From the NCBI GenBank assembly GCA_002430735.1, contig DJCV01000003.1:21142-85141 (forward strand): a stretch of 64,000 nt of DNA, in the 5' to 3' direction. This document shows, piece by piece, positions 1 through 9,597 of this stretch. Made by a program: the position numbers and the translations under genes. Below the pieces are notes generated by a model that ran no database searches, was not told the origin of the DNA, and worked only from the letters and a program-made list of their open reading frames with translations. Positions within the stretch are counted from its first letter, which is position 1; each line of letters starts with the position of its first letter. The stretch is from Candidatus Woesebacteria bacterium UBA5941. GTDB lineage: Bacteria; Patescibacteriota; Microgenomatia; UBA8517.

Positions 1-1192
1 TTAATCCGGCGGCCATCTCATGGCCTCCAACACTTAATAACAAGGGTTCAAACTGTCTGAGAGCCTCAGTGATATGAAATCCTGGGATTGATCGTGCTGA
101 ACCTTTTGCATGCGCTTCCCCAACTGCAAATACAATAGACGGCCTCCCTGTTTCTTCAACCAACCGTCCAGCTGCAAGCCCAATAACACCTTCATGGAAA
201 TTGCCTTGAATAATGCTAATCTTTTGAGACTCAACTACTTGCGTTCTGGCTAAATCAATTACTTCTGTCGTAACAGATTGTCGTTTTGTATTTAGTTCAG
301 AAAGCATGTGTGCAATCTCCAAAGCCCGGCCTTTTTGATTCGTACAAAGTAATCGAACAACTTCTAGTGCATGGGCAAGTCTTCCTGCGGCATTCATTCG
401 TGGACCCAATACAAATCCGATTTCATATGCGCCTACTTGAGAAAGAACAATCGCTGAAGATTCGGAAAGCATGCGAAGCCCAATACGTTTTGACCTTCGT
501 ACGGCATTAATTCCATGCATGGCTAGTGAACGGTTAATACCCACGAGTTTCATCTGATCCGCAATAGTTGCGATGCCAACAAGATCAAGTGCCTCGTCTA
601 TATATTCCCTATCACTTTTCGGAAGCAGTGCATTTGAGACATACCAGGCAACTGCGGTTCCACACATCTTCGTCGTGTGGATCACGATGTCGGCGTTGTT
701 CTTTCCTGCTTTTTCATGGTGATCAGTTACAACTACATCAATCCCGTGTTCTTTCGCATAGCTAATTGCAGTATTTGCCACAATTCCATTATCAACGGTA
801 ATAATTAATGAAACAGTTTTATGCTTTTCTTTTATTTTGTCGATTCCTTTCGCTGACATTCCATATCCTTCATCAAATCGATCCGGCACAAAAGGGTAAA
901 CAATGAGGCCGAGCCTTGAAAGCGTTTGCCACATAAGTGCGGTTGAACATACCCCGTCGACATCATAATCACCGTAAATAACAACGACTTCTTTCTTCTT
1001 TAGTGCTATCCGTATTCGCTTTTTAAATTGACCGATCGCTTGCTCAGAAATTCCCACTTTCTTCAGAGAAAAAGTGGAAGGATGTGGTGGGTTGAAGAAT
1101 GCTTTTGGGTGTTTGATACCACGACTTTCAAGCAAGCACGTGATCACATTTTCTGGGTTTTTATGTTCAATTTTCCATGCTCTAGGTAACAT
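1..1192 (-). CDS. recJ: single-stranded-DNA-specific exonuclease RecJ, N-terminal ~397 aa; gene runs off the window start (C-terminus outside)
   Basis: Hand translation of minus strand from ATG (complement of 1190-1192): MLPRAWKIEHKNPENVITCLLESRGIKHP...VVVIYGDYDVDGVCS...VVVTDHH...; DHH-phosphoesterase motifs typical of RecJ. Absent from ORF track only because no stop lies inside the window. Confidence 0.8.
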   Translation of the reverse strand, partial: MLPRAWKIEHKNPENVITCLLESRGIKHPKAFFNPPHPSTFSLKKVGISEQAIGQFKKRIRIALKKKEVVVIYGDYDVDGVCSTALMWQTLSRLGLIVYPFVPDRFDEGYGMSAKGIDKIKEKHKTVSLIITVDNGIVANTAISYAKEHGIDVVVTDHHEKAGKNNADIVIHTTKMCGTAVAWYVSNALLPKSDREYIDEALDLVGIATIADQMKLVGINRSLAMHGINAVRRSKRIGLRMLSESSAIVLSQVGAYEIGFVLGPRMNAAGRLAHALEVVRLLCTNQKGRALEIAHMLSELNTKRQSVTTEVIDLARTQVVESQKISIIQGNFHEGVIGLAAGRLVEETGRPSIVFAVGEAHAKGSARSIPGFHITEALRQFEPLLLSVGGHEMAAGL

Positions 1193-1216
1193 CGCCTATT
1201 CTACCGTATAATCAAC

Positions 1217-2572
1217 ATGAAGATGCAAAAGCTTCCTGACGAAATAACTCGAATATTTACCGTATTCAAAAAGGCGAACTACGAAATATATCTCGTGGGA
1301 GGTGCTGTACGGGACATTATAATGGGCAGGTCTGTGAATGACTGGGATTTTACGACCAATGCTACTCCTGAGCAAATACAATCTTTGTTCCCTGATAGCT
1401 TTTATAACAACGCGTTTGGAACAGTAGGCATTCCTCCCGAAGATCCGCTCTTTGATCCGCATGAAATAACAACCTTCAGAACCGAACAGGGATATTCTGA
1501 CTTTAGAAGGCCTGATGCCGTTAATTGGGGGAAAACACTTGAGGAAGATTTGTCTCGTCGAGACTTCACCATTAATGCCCTCGCGCTCTCACAAGAAGAC
1601 AATACTGAAACAATTATTGATCCATTCAACGGATCTGATGATATAAAGCGAAAATTAGTTCGCGCAGTTGGAGATCCAACAGAGCGGTTTAGAGAAGATG
1701 CTTTGCGACTTATTCGAGCTGTGCGAATTGCAACACAACTTTCGTTCCAGATTGAAGAAGAGACACTCAACGCGATTAAATCCCATGCGCCACTTATCCA
1801 TAAAATTGCAAAAGAGCGCATTCATGATGAACTGATGAAGATTATGGGAGCTGAGAACCCAGTCCATGGAGTGGAGTTACTTCGCGAGACGGGATTACTT
1901 GAAGAGATATTGCCAGAACTCGAGAAAACATTTGGTGTTGAACAAAAGTCTCCCCAAAGACACCATAAACATGATGTGGGGACACACTTACTCATGTCTC
2001 TTAAAGAATGTAAGTCGACGGATCCTATTGTTCGGTTTGCCACACTCATCCACGATATAGGGAAACCTCAAACATTTAAAAAGCAAGACAACGGAGTCAT
2101 CACTTTCTATAATCACGAGGTTGTTGGCAGCCGTATCGCCAATAACATTACGAAGCGGTTGCGTTTTTCCAAAAGTGATAGTGAGAAAATATTCAAGCTT
2201 GTACGATTTCATCAATTTACAGTCGACGAACACCAAACGGACTCTGCAATTCGACGATTCATTAAAAACATCGGATTAGAAAACGTTTCTGATATGCTCA
2301 CGCTTCGTGTCGCAGATCGTCTCGGCGGAGGAGCTCGTGAAACATCTTGGCGTCTTGAAGAGTTTAAGGAGCGACTTGTTGAAGTGCAAAAAGAACCATT
2401 TGCAATAAAAGATTTAAAAATTAATGGAACTGATGTTATGGAGATCCTTCATCTTGAACCAGGGAAGGAAGTTGGGGAAATCCTTTCGAAGCTCTTTAAC
2501 AAAGTGATAGAGAAAAAAATTGAGAATGACCGAGAAACGCTCCTCCAAGAAGTACACAAATTGAAAGGATGA
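1217..2572 (+). CDS. cca: CCA-adding tRNA nucleotidyltransferase with C-terminal HD domain
   Basis: 451-aa ORF; pol-beta-like NTase head motif GGAVRD...DWDF; HD-domain histidines HHKHDVGTH...LIHDIGK. Confidence 0.85.
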   Translation: MKMQKLPDEITRIFTVFKKANYEIYLVGGAVRDIIMGRSVNDWDFTTNATPEQIQSLFPDSFYNNAFGTVGIPPEDPLFDPHEITTFRTEQGYSDFRRPDAVNWGKTLEEDLSRRDFTINALALSQEDNTETIIDPFNGSDDIKRKLVRAVGDPTERFREDALRLIRAVRIATQLSFQIEEETLNAIKSHAPLIHKIAKERIHDELMKIMGAENPVHGVELLRETGLLEEILPELEKTFGVEQKSPQRHHKHDVGTHLLMSLKECKSTDPIVRFATLIHDIGKPQTFKKQDNGVITFYNHEVVGSRIANNITKRLRFSKSDSEKIFKLVRFHQFTVDEHQTDSAIRRFIKNIGLENVSDMLTLRVADRLGGGARETSWRLEEFKERLVEVQKEPFAIKDLKINGTDVMEILHLEPGKEVGEILSKLFNKVIEKKIENDRETLLQEVHKLKG

Positions 2573-3030
2573 AGTACGTAAATATTATTGGACGCAAGAT
2601 TTTTATGCTGTATTGGGCAATTATGAAACCGCTCAATTTAGGAGTCCGGGTGATCGTTATTTATAAAAACGAAGTACTTCTTGTAAAGCACACATATGTT
2701 AAGGGTTATTATTTCCCGGGTGGTGGTGTAAGCAAATCTGAGCTATTCGAAACTGCCGCAAAACGCGAGCTATTTGAAGAAGTAGGAATTACGGCTCACG
2801 ACCTTTCATTGTTTGGTGTTTACCAAAGTGTGAAGGAGAAGAAATATACAACAAATGCCGTATTTATAGTAACACTCCCAAAGAGACCTACACTGGTCAT
2901 ACAAAAATCTGAATTGAGAGATGCTCAATTTTTTTCAACAAAGAATCTTCCAAAAGACATCTCTCCAGGAACGAGACGGAGAATTGCTGAATATCTTGAA
3001 GGGAGAGCTCCTCTCGCAAGCGAATGGTAG
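2569..3030 (+). CDS. NUDIX hydrolase
   Basis: 153-aa ORF with Nudix box GGGVSKSELFETAAKRELFEEVGI; ATGA overlap with cca stop suggests co-transcription. Confidence 0.8.
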   Translation: MKYVNIIGRKIFMLYWAIMKPLNLGVRVIVIYKNEVLLVKHTYVKGYYFPGGGVSKSELFETAAKRELFEEVGITAHDLSLFGVYQSVKEKKYTTNAVFIVTLPKRPTLVIQKSELRDAQFFSTKNLPKDISPGTRRRIAEYLEGRAPLASEW

Positions 3031-3936
3031 TTACTTTTGTCTTCTTTTTTGAATTTGTTCCCAGGTAACAAGTACTGGCACAGCAACAAATGGTGACGAA
3101 TATGTTCCAGAAATCGTTCCTATCATAAGTGCAACCGCAAACCATCGAATAGTGTTTCCACCCAATACGACAAGTGCAATAAGCATGATTAAAATTGTAA
3201 ATGAATTAAACAATGATCGTTTCATCGTCTCTGAAAGTGCACGGTTGGCAACTTCAGCAACACTTCCTCCATGCTTTCTTCGAATTTCCCGAATACGATC
3301 ATAGACAACAATGGTGTCATGGACGGAAAAAGACAGTATTGTTAAAAGCGCAGTCACAAAAAGATAATCTACTTCAGCATTAAAGAAGTGTCCGAGCAAC
3401 GAAAACAGACCCAGTACAATAAACGCATCATGAAATGTCGCGATTGTTGCAGAGATACCAAACTTTACACTTTTAAACTGATAGGCGATCCAAGCAAGAA
3501 TAACGAATGTTGAAATAAAAATTGCATAGGCAGTTTTTCTCAAGAGCTCACCACTAATTGCCGGTCCTACTTGTTCAAATCTCAACAGAGCAGATTTCTC
3601 TCCTCCTATTGCTTTCAAAGAATTGTTAATCGTTTCTTTTTGTTCTTCATTCACTTCCCCAAACTTAAGAATATATATTTTAGAATCACCTGTTTTTTGT
3701 ACGCTTGTGGGACGGATGTCTTTTTCTTCTAAGGATTTGGAGATTTGTTCAGTTTCAACTGGACTTTCAAATGAATACTCTACGTTCGTTCCTCCAGTAA
3801 ATTCTACCCCTAAGTTAAAATTCCACTGCACAAAGCTTACGAGCCCAATAAGGAGCACTGATGCGGAAAGTATGAAGTACAGTGGACGGAACTTCATCCA
3901 ATTAAAGTATGGTTTTTGTGAATCTTGATTTGTCAT
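3031..3936 (-). CDS. secF: protein translocase subunit SecF
   Basis: 301-aa multi-TM ORF, N-terminal TM then periplasmic domain, typical SecF (…VEFTGGTNVEYSF…); follows secD. Confidence 0.9.
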   Translation of the reverse strand: MTNQDSQKPYFNWMKFRPLYFILSASVLLIGLVSFVQWNFNLGVEFTGGTNVEYSFESPVETEQISKSLEEKDIRPTSVQKTGDSKIYILKFGEVNEEQKETINNSLKAIGGEKSALLRFEQVGPAISGELLRKTAYAIFISTFVILAWIAYQFKSVKFGISATIATFHDAFIVLGLFSLLGHFFNAEVDYLFVTALLTILSFSVHDTIVVYDRIREIRRKHGGSVAEVANRALSETMKRSLFNSFTILIMLIALVVLGGNTIRWFAVALMIGTISGTYSSPFVAVPVLVTWEQIQKRRQK

Positions 3937-5213
3937 TTTTTTATAAACAAGCGTAACAAGTTACGAGAAACAAAAATTCCAGTAAATAAACTGATCGCAA
4001 TACCAAGCGCTAACGTATACGCAAACCCTCGAACCGGACCGGATGTATTCAAAAATGACCAATCGAGAGGATTCGCTAAGACAAACGCTGCGACGAGTGT
4101 TGCAACGTTCGCGTCACGAATAGAGTTCCACGCTCGGCCGAATGCAACTTCCAATGCGTTTGAAGTTGAAAGACCTTTTTGCTTCTCTTCTTTAAATCGT
4201 TCAAAAATGAGAATGTTTGAATCAACTGCCATACCCACCGATAACAAGAACCCGGTAATTCCAGGAAGTGTCACGACAATAGGAATAATTTTATAAAGGG
4301 CGAGAGAGATAAGTGCAAAGATGATAAGGGCAACATTAGCGATGATTCCAAGTCTGCCGTACGCGATGAGCATGAACAAAAACACACAGATAATACCAAC
4401 GACGCCAGCTTTGACACTTTGATCAACCGCTGCCGTTCCAAGTGTCGCACCAATGGTACGCTCTTCAACAAGTTTCACTGGAATTGGCAGTGCTCCTGCA
4501 TTTAATTGCACAGATAATTCGCGTGCTTGCTCTAGTGTGAAACCTCCGCTTATTTGTGCACTTCCTTGTGTTATTTTTTCATTCACGACAGGTGCTGAAA
4601 TGACTTGGTTGTCTAATATAATGGGTATTACTTTACCTATGTTTTTCTCAGTAAGTTCAGAGAATTTCTTTGATCCGTCAGCCGTAAACTCTATCGAAAC
4701 AACAGGTTTCCCACTTACCTGATCATAAGTAACTTGTGCTGATTTTAAATCAGCTCCAGTTAAGTTTGTCGGGACTAAAGTCTCCTCATTTACCTCTGCA
4801 AAAGATAATTGTGCAGTTTGCCCAACTACTGAAATTGCCTTTTTGGTATCTGATACGCCAGGGAGCTCTACCATAATGCGATCCTTTCCTTCAAAGCGAG
4901 AGAGCAATACATTCGCCTCTGACACACCAAACAGGTTTACCCGTCGCTCGATTACATTCTTTAAAGAAGCGAGTGCTTCTTCTCTCTTTACTGAATCCAT
5001 CTGTGCGGTATCTGCTTCAAAGGTAAGACGACTTCCTCCAACAAGATCGAGGCCTAATAGAAGTTCTCGGTCGAATCGGGATTTATACAGGGTTTCGTTT
5101 ACAACAATCGGAGGGACATTTATTGAAATAGGAATTGCAGAGGGAAGACTAATATATAACGCTGCAATCGCAATAATAAAAATAAGAAGCACCTTTCTGC
5201 GAGTGTATTTCAT
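3933..5213 (-). CDS. secD: protein translocase subunit SecD
   Basis: 426-aa ORF, LGLDLVGGSRLTFEAD motif region and C-terminal 6-TM domain; overlaps secF start by 4 nt. Confidence 0.9.
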   Translation of the reverse strand: MKYTRRKVLLIFIIAIAALYISLPSAIPISINVPPIVVNETLYKSRFDRELLLGLDLVGGSRLTFEADTAQMDSVKREEALASLKNVIERRVNLFGVSEANVLLSRFEGKDRIMVELPGVSDTKKAISVVGQTAQLSFAEVNEETLVPTNLTGADLKSAQVTYDQVSGKPVVSIEFTADGSKKFSELTEKNIGKVIPIILDNQVISAPVVNEKITQGSAQISGGFTLEQARELSVQLNAGALPIPVKLVEERTIGATLGTAAVDQSVKAGVVGIICVFLFMLIAYGRLGIIANVALIIFALISLALYKIIPIVVTLPGITGFLLSVGMAVDSNILIFERFKEEKQKGLSTSNALEVAFGRAWNSIRDANVATLVAAFVLANPLDWSFLNTSGPVRGFAYTLALGIAISLFTGIFVSRNLLRLFIKK

Positions 5214-5215
5214 AA

Positions 5216-5800
5216 TTATCCAACAAGCGTTTCCTCATCTCCAACAACCATGACTCTGCTCCCTGCGAGGATTGCAAGAAGAAACGGATCTCGTCGCTTT
5301 TTTCTAAAATCAAATTCTTCACGGCTCATAACGGTATAATTTATTTCCCTGCCTCTCTTACTCTCTTCCATTCGGATTAGTGTTGCAAGTTCGGGTAGCA
5401 CGACATCGCCAACCACTAAAATATCGACATCATCATCTTTGCGTCGATCTTTGTATCGGGCGAATTTGCCACTAAACATGATGTGATTTAATCTCCCGAT
5501 CTTAGCTCTGTTTGAGATGATAGCTGCACCGAGTCCAGTTGCTTTTGCAACCAAAGAAATTAAATCTCCGTACATGGGGTAATCATTTCTGACCCAATAA
5601 TAGACGCGGTTACCGCGTTGTTCTTTTTTGAGGATTCCAGCTTCTTCAAGGCGAGTAAGCTCACGTCTGACTGCGTTAATTTCTTCTTTTACTTCGCGCA
5701 CGACACCACGTACGTGATACATTTCGTTGGGATTCCCAAAGAAAAGCTCAAGAAGCTTAATACGAACTTTAGATGTAACAATGTCTCCTAGGTCTGCCAT
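5216..5800 (-). CDS. hypothetical regulator: N-terminal winged-helix DNA-binding domain fused to minimal nucleotidyltransferase (MNT)-like domain
   Basis: 194 aa; wHTH-like segment MYHVRGVVREVKEEINAVRRELTRLEEAGIL...RVYYWV; C-terminal FSGKF...DDDVDILVVGD resembles hG[GS]...DxD NTase signature. Confidence 0.4.
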   Translation of the reverse strand: MADLGDIVTSKVRIKLLELFFGNPNEMYHVRGVVREVKEEINAVRRELTRLEEAGILKKEQRGNRVYYWVRNDYPMYGDLISLVAKATGLGAAIISNRAKIGRLNHIMFSGKFARYKDRRKDDDVDILVVGDVVLPELATLIRMEESKRGREINYTVMSREEFDFRKKRRDPFLLAILAGSRVMVVGDEETLVG

Positions 5801-5826
5801 AAAATTTTCTACAAGGGCAGGCAGAT

Positions 5827-7044
5827 TTACTTAACACTTATTGTATTATCTGATGGAATTGCTTCTATCCAGATAACACCTCGAACGAATTGTATCTCTT
5901 TACCAGATTTATCGTAGTAAATCGTCCTGTCGTTCAAAGTAGCACGTTTCCAAGTACCTTCAAGCATCTGGCCGTTCATGAAATACTGAGCCTTGCCAGT
6001 TCCAAGGTTCTCATAATACATATGATACTCCTTATCGACTGGACCTTTTTCAACGACGTATTGGAATACTATGTTTTTCGCTGAAAGCTGTGATTTCGTC
6101 TCCATATCCATATGAGGCTCACTTCCATGTGATCGCAAATATTGGTTTTGCGTAGGGTCATACTTCCATACGACGTTATAGTCTGGTTTATTCTTCCAAA
6201 ATTCAAATGAGATTTCAGTGGCTTGCGGTGTTGCGGGTGCTTCATCAACAAACTTCCATGGCACATACGTTTTATTCCAAGCAACTCCTTCACTGTTCTT
6301 CGCACCAAATCCACGCTTAATTCCTTCCTCATACAATTTATCAGTTGAACCCATAAAGGTATGTTCCATAGCAGCTCCAGGAATTCGTTCTGGGTCTCGC
6401 CACATAATTGGATACCCTACGCTTGTTCCACCATCCATATCATTACCACCGGCGTACCGCCATTTAAAATCTGTAAGCAACTGAAATGCATCAACTTCCT
6501 TTGCCACCTGACCGACTGCCTTTCGACCATTAGGAGCCTTATTGTCAATGTTATTAGCCCCACCGACGTGTACAAAGATTGGAGTCAGCCCGTATTCATA
6601 TGCCCATTTCGCAAAATACACGCGAACGCTGCGCACTGGTCCAATACGAACATCTCCAGAGGCTGTTCCACAATAAAATATTCCAAGAAACCGAGTGATT
6701 CCGCCTTCTGCAACAGCTTCATAGACAACATCTGCTTTAGATAATCCTGATTGTGGACGTGAATCTGTGTGGTTTTCAATGATTGCAGCAATCGGACGTC
6801 GATTCTCCCAAATACCTCGTTCAACGGTTGAGTATTTGGCCCCGTTAATTGGGCACTCCTCAGTTTTTGGTAAACCTTGGTCAATTTTTGATCGAGCTGA
6901 CCCAAGCTCTGAAGAAGAAACAACCGCTACTTGGTTAGAAGAAGGGGATGTCTTTTTAAATACCAAATACGACAAAGCGGAGACAATTAAGTACACACCA
7001 ATTAATGATAAATAGAGAGTTGTTTTAGATTTTTTTTCCGTCAT
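5827..7044 (-). CDS. DUF3048 (YerB-like) membrane-anchored protein
   Basis: 405 aa, N-terminal TM, PIAAIIENHTDSRPQSGLSKADVVYEAVAEGGITRFLGIF block characteristic of DUF3048 family. Confidence 0.55.
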   Translation of the reverse strand: MTEKKSKTTLYLSLIGVYLIVSALSYLVFKKTSPSSNQVAVVSSSELGSARSKIDQGLPKTEECPINGAKYSTVERGIWENRRPIAAIIENHTDSRPQSGLSKADVVYEAVAEGGITRFLGIFYCGTASGDVRIGPVRSVRVYFAKWAYEYGLTPIFVHVGGANNIDNKAPNGRKAVGQVAKEVDAFQLLTDFKWRYAGGNDMDGGTSVGYPIMWRDPERIPGAAMEHTFMGSTDKLYEEGIKRGFGAKNSEGVAWNKTYVPWKFVDEAPATPQATEISFEFWKNKPDYNVVWKYDPTQNQYLRSHGSEPHMDMETKSQLSAKNIVFQYVVEKGPVDKEYHMYYENLGTGKAQYFMNGQMLEGTWKRATLNDRTIYYDKSGKEIQFVRGVIWIEAIPSDNTISVK

Positions 7045-7490
7045 ACCTTCATAGCTAATTGTATCGCTTTCTTCTCTTCTGTGGATAGTTCAATTTCGCT
7101 TCGTCCTCGCACAATCGTTTTTGTATATGTATGGGAGCGATCATTTGTATGGATATTTGTTAAAACTACTCCAGATCCAACTCCATCTAATAATGCTATT
7201 ACAAAGCTTTGTTCAAAGTCATCTTTACCAAACGGATTGAAGCGAACAAGCGATACTTTTTGTATATGTCTCGTTTTCTCCTGATCTATTCGAGCAATTT
7301 GTTTATAGATGTCCTCAAATTCTTTCTTTGTGCCAGTTTGTGCTTTTACGAGTGCACGCAAAACCTCGCTAAGCGAACCGCTCTTTACCCGTGCTAACGC
7401 ATCAAACGACTGTTGCGTTTTACGCAACTGAATCGTCAGATAAATACACCAGGCACTTAGAATTACTGTAATGAACAAAAACACTTCCAC
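7041..7490 (-). CDS. DUF4446 family protein
   Basis: 149 aa, N-terminal TM, then VRFNPFGKDDFEQSFVIALLDG...ELSTEEKKAIQLA pattern typical of DUF4446; 4-nt overlap with upstream DUF3048 gene. Confidence 0.55.
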   Translation of the reverse strand: MEVFLFITVILSAWCIYLTIQLRKTQQSFDALARVKSGSLSEVLRALVKAQTGTKKEFEDIYKQIARIDQEKTRHIQKVSLVRFNPFGKDDFEQSFVIALLDGVGSGVVLTNIHTNDRSHTYTKTIVRGRSEIELSTEEKKAIQLAMKV

Positions 7491-7543
7491 GTTGAGTAAA
7501 ATTTCAGCTCAAATAGTCTAGACTATTTAGCTTTTGGCTGTCA

Positions 7544-8170
7544 ATGGTAAAATGCCAAGACATGAACCAATATAAGCGGGCTTTGGATATTTTTGAAGCA
7601 CGATATGTGCTCGTTCCCCTTGAGATTTTTGCAAATGATCCTTATAAGAGTTTAGTTGCAACCATGATGTCAGCTCGTACAAATGATGACACTACGGTTG
7701 TTGCAGCTGAGCGTCTTTTTAAAAAGGCTCCAACGATCACCTCACTTGCAAACCTAAGCGAAGATGAGATTGCACAACTGGTTTATCCTGTGGGGTTCTA
7801 TAAAACGAAGGCTAAACACCTAAAACTTCTCGCGCAAAAGATTATTGCTGATTTCAAAGGCAACGTTCCCAAAACACGAGAAGAACTTATGTCGCTTCCT
7901 GGCGTCGGACGAAAGACTGCAAACCTAGTACTCAATCGTGCGTTCGGGATCCCTGCTATTGCGGTGGATATTCATGTGCATCGCATCACAAACTTGATGG
8001 GATGGGTACACACAAAAACGCCAGAGAAGACAGAAATGGCGCTTATAGCATCGGTACCAAAGGAATATTGGAGCGATATAAATAGGCTCATTGTCAGTAT
8101 TGGAAGGCAGTTTAGATCACACCAAAAGCTTGAAGAGTTTCTACGATCTCATGATTTGTTGAAGCATTAA
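7544..8170 (+). CDS. nth: endonuclease III-like HhH-GPD DNA glycosylase (no Fe-S cysteine cluster); likely true start at ATG 7562 (MNQYKRALD)
   Basis: HhH-GPD signature LPGVGRKTANLVL...D; C-terminus lacks the C-x6-C-x2-C-x5-C motif. Confidence 0.7.
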   Translation: MVKCQDMNQYKRALDIFEARYVLVPLEIFANDPYKSLVATMMSARTNDDTTVVAAERLFKKAPTITSLANLSEDEIAQLVYPVGFYKTKAKHLKLLAQKIIADFKGNVPKTREELMSLPGVGRKTANLVLNRAFGIPAIAVDIHVHRITNLMGWVHTKTPEKTEMALIASVPKEYWSDINRLIVSIGRQFRSHQKLEEFLRSHDLLKH

Positions 8171-8778
8171 TATGCTGCAATTGCGACTGCAAATGTATTT
8201 TGTGCATAAACGCACCCCCACACATATTCCCCCCCAGTTAACAATTTTTTGTGACCTAATGTGTTTTCCCACAATGAAACTGACTCTTCCGGGGTGCTAG
8301 CACCTGATACAAGAAATTCAGATAAGTTGTATTTCTCAAAAATCCATTCTAAATCTGGCCGCTCATCTGGTAGCTTGCTAAACCCTTCATGTCCATCAAG
8401 CTTTCCAAGTTGCAATAACTGATTTAAACGAATAGATGCAATGGTACACAATTCATCTCGTTGAGAGAGGGCGCTCACACCAAGCTGGACACGCCGCTTA
8501 TTCACAGATTCCCAGAGCTGAGGACCATTCCATTCAATAGCTTGAGGCTTAGCGGTAGCGACAGCAGTTTTTGGAGTTGGAGAAGGTCCAGGTGTTGATT
8601 TTTTGTATGACACTGCACCATTTCGCACCAAGGCCATGAGGTTATCAATTTCTCCTTGCGACATGTCAGAACCTTGACTATATCCGCGAATAAACCCGAT
8701 GTCATACGTCCTTTTTAAAAGAACAGTAAACGCAATAATTCCAAGGCTTAAGAAAATAATGTATAAAAATATCCTCAT
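8167..8778 (-). CDS. CAP/SCP (YkwD-like) domain secreted protein
   Basis: 203 aa, N-terminal TM/signal, C-terminal ...NTLGHKKLLTGGEYVWGCVYAQ resembles CAP-domain GH..IL motif. Confidence 0.45.
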   Translation of the reverse strand: MRIFLYIIFLSLGIIAFTVLLKRTYDIGFIRGYSQGSDMSQGEIDNLMALVRNGAVSYKKSTPGPSPTPKTAVATAKPQAIEWNGPQLWESVNKRRVQLGVSALSQRDELCTIASIRLNQLLQLGKLDGHEGFSKLPDERPDLEWIFEKYNLSEFLVSGASTPEESVSLWENTLGHKKLLTGGEYVWGCVYAQNTFAVAIAAY

Positions 8779-9215
8779 AAATCAAGAGTAATCGTTACTG
8801 GGCCATCAAGACTCGTCGTTATTGCCATATAGTTTCCAAAACTTCCTGTTTCAACTACTAAGTCTTTTCGTAATTCGGCAATTAGTAATTCATACAATTC
8901 TCGTGCACGTTTCGGTTCTTCTGCTTCTAAAAATGATGGGCGATTTCCATCTTTTGTATTTGCCAACAATGTGAATTGAGACACGACGAGTAGCGGTAAT
9001 GAGAGGTCTTTTGAAGAGAATGCCATTTTTCCAGAATCATCATCATGTAATCTGATCTTCTTTAATTTGTCTGCAAGCGTGCGAACTTTCTGCTCAGTAT
9101 CACCCTTTGCAATTCCCACTAAAATAAACAGCCCTCTTTCAATTGAACCTACCACTGCATCCGATTCAACCGCTCGCACACTTGCTGATTTCACGCGTTG
9201 GATAACTACCTTCAT
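8775..9215 (-). CDS. dtd: D-aminoacyl-tRNA deacylase
   Basis: MKVVIQRV... SQFTL motif; ORF-track 5' extension (to 9317) runs into RNase P RNA, so start assigned to ATG at 9213-9215. Confidence 0.85.
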   Translation of the reverse strand: MKVVIQRVKSASVRAVESDAVVGSIERGLFILVGIAKGDTEQKVRTLADKLKKIRLHDDDSGKMAFSSKDLSLPLLVVSQFTLLANTKDGNRPSFLEAEEPKRARELYELLIAELRKDLVVETGSFGNYMAITTSLDGPVTITLDL

Positions 9216-9238
9216 GTAAGCGTATTGTACCAAACACA

Positions 9239-9262
9239 GAAAAACCCCACCGGTGAGGTGAG
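9239..9262 (-). terminator. intrinsic terminator at 3' end of RNase P RNA
   Basis: Minus-strand RNA CCUCACC-ucacc-GGUGGGG (7-bp stem incl. one G-U) followed by UUUUU. Confidence 0.45.
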
Positions 9263-9590
9263 GTCTCTCATGTGGGAGGTGTGTAAGCCAGGTTCTGTTT
9301 TTCGTGTGTAAACACACAATCGGTAATCATCTATCTAAGCCCTGAGCTTCTGAGCGATTCGGGAAAGAGACCGTACTTTAACGCTCAAATCGCAGGTTGC
9401 AGCGGGGGGGATTGCCCTTTTCACCCTCTATCTTGAGTTAACAAGCGAGTTGTAGTCTCTGTTGCTCTAACCAGCGGTTACCCGTCTTAGGACTGAACCT
9501 AAGCACCCTCTCTTTCAGCTGCCTGGACTTTCCTCCACGTAAACGTGGTGATTACCCATCCTCCACTGGTAGTATACCACAAGACGGTGA
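9240..9590 (-). ncRNA. rnpB: RNase P RNA (bacterial type A-like); ends approximate
   Basis: Minus strand contains universal P4 strands GGAGGAAAGUCCAGGC (plus 9521-9536) and ACAGAACCUGGCUUACA (plus 9283-9299), plus GGGUGAAAAGGG (J11/12-like) between them; no protein ORF. Confidence 0.75.
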
Positions 9591-9597
9591 CTATAGG

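Noticed and set aside
1-1195. Apparent gene-free kilobase at the window start (no long ORF in track), which might be a pseudogene
   Set aside because: Hand translation shows an intact recJ reading frame running off the window edge. It is missing from the track only because its stop lies outside the window.
8775-9317. ORF-track version of dtd extending 34 codons upstream (MCLHTKNRTWLTHLPH...)
   Set aside because: The extension overlaps the RNase P RNA 3' region and its terminator. The conserved Dtd N-terminus MKVVIQRV begins at the internal ATG 9215.
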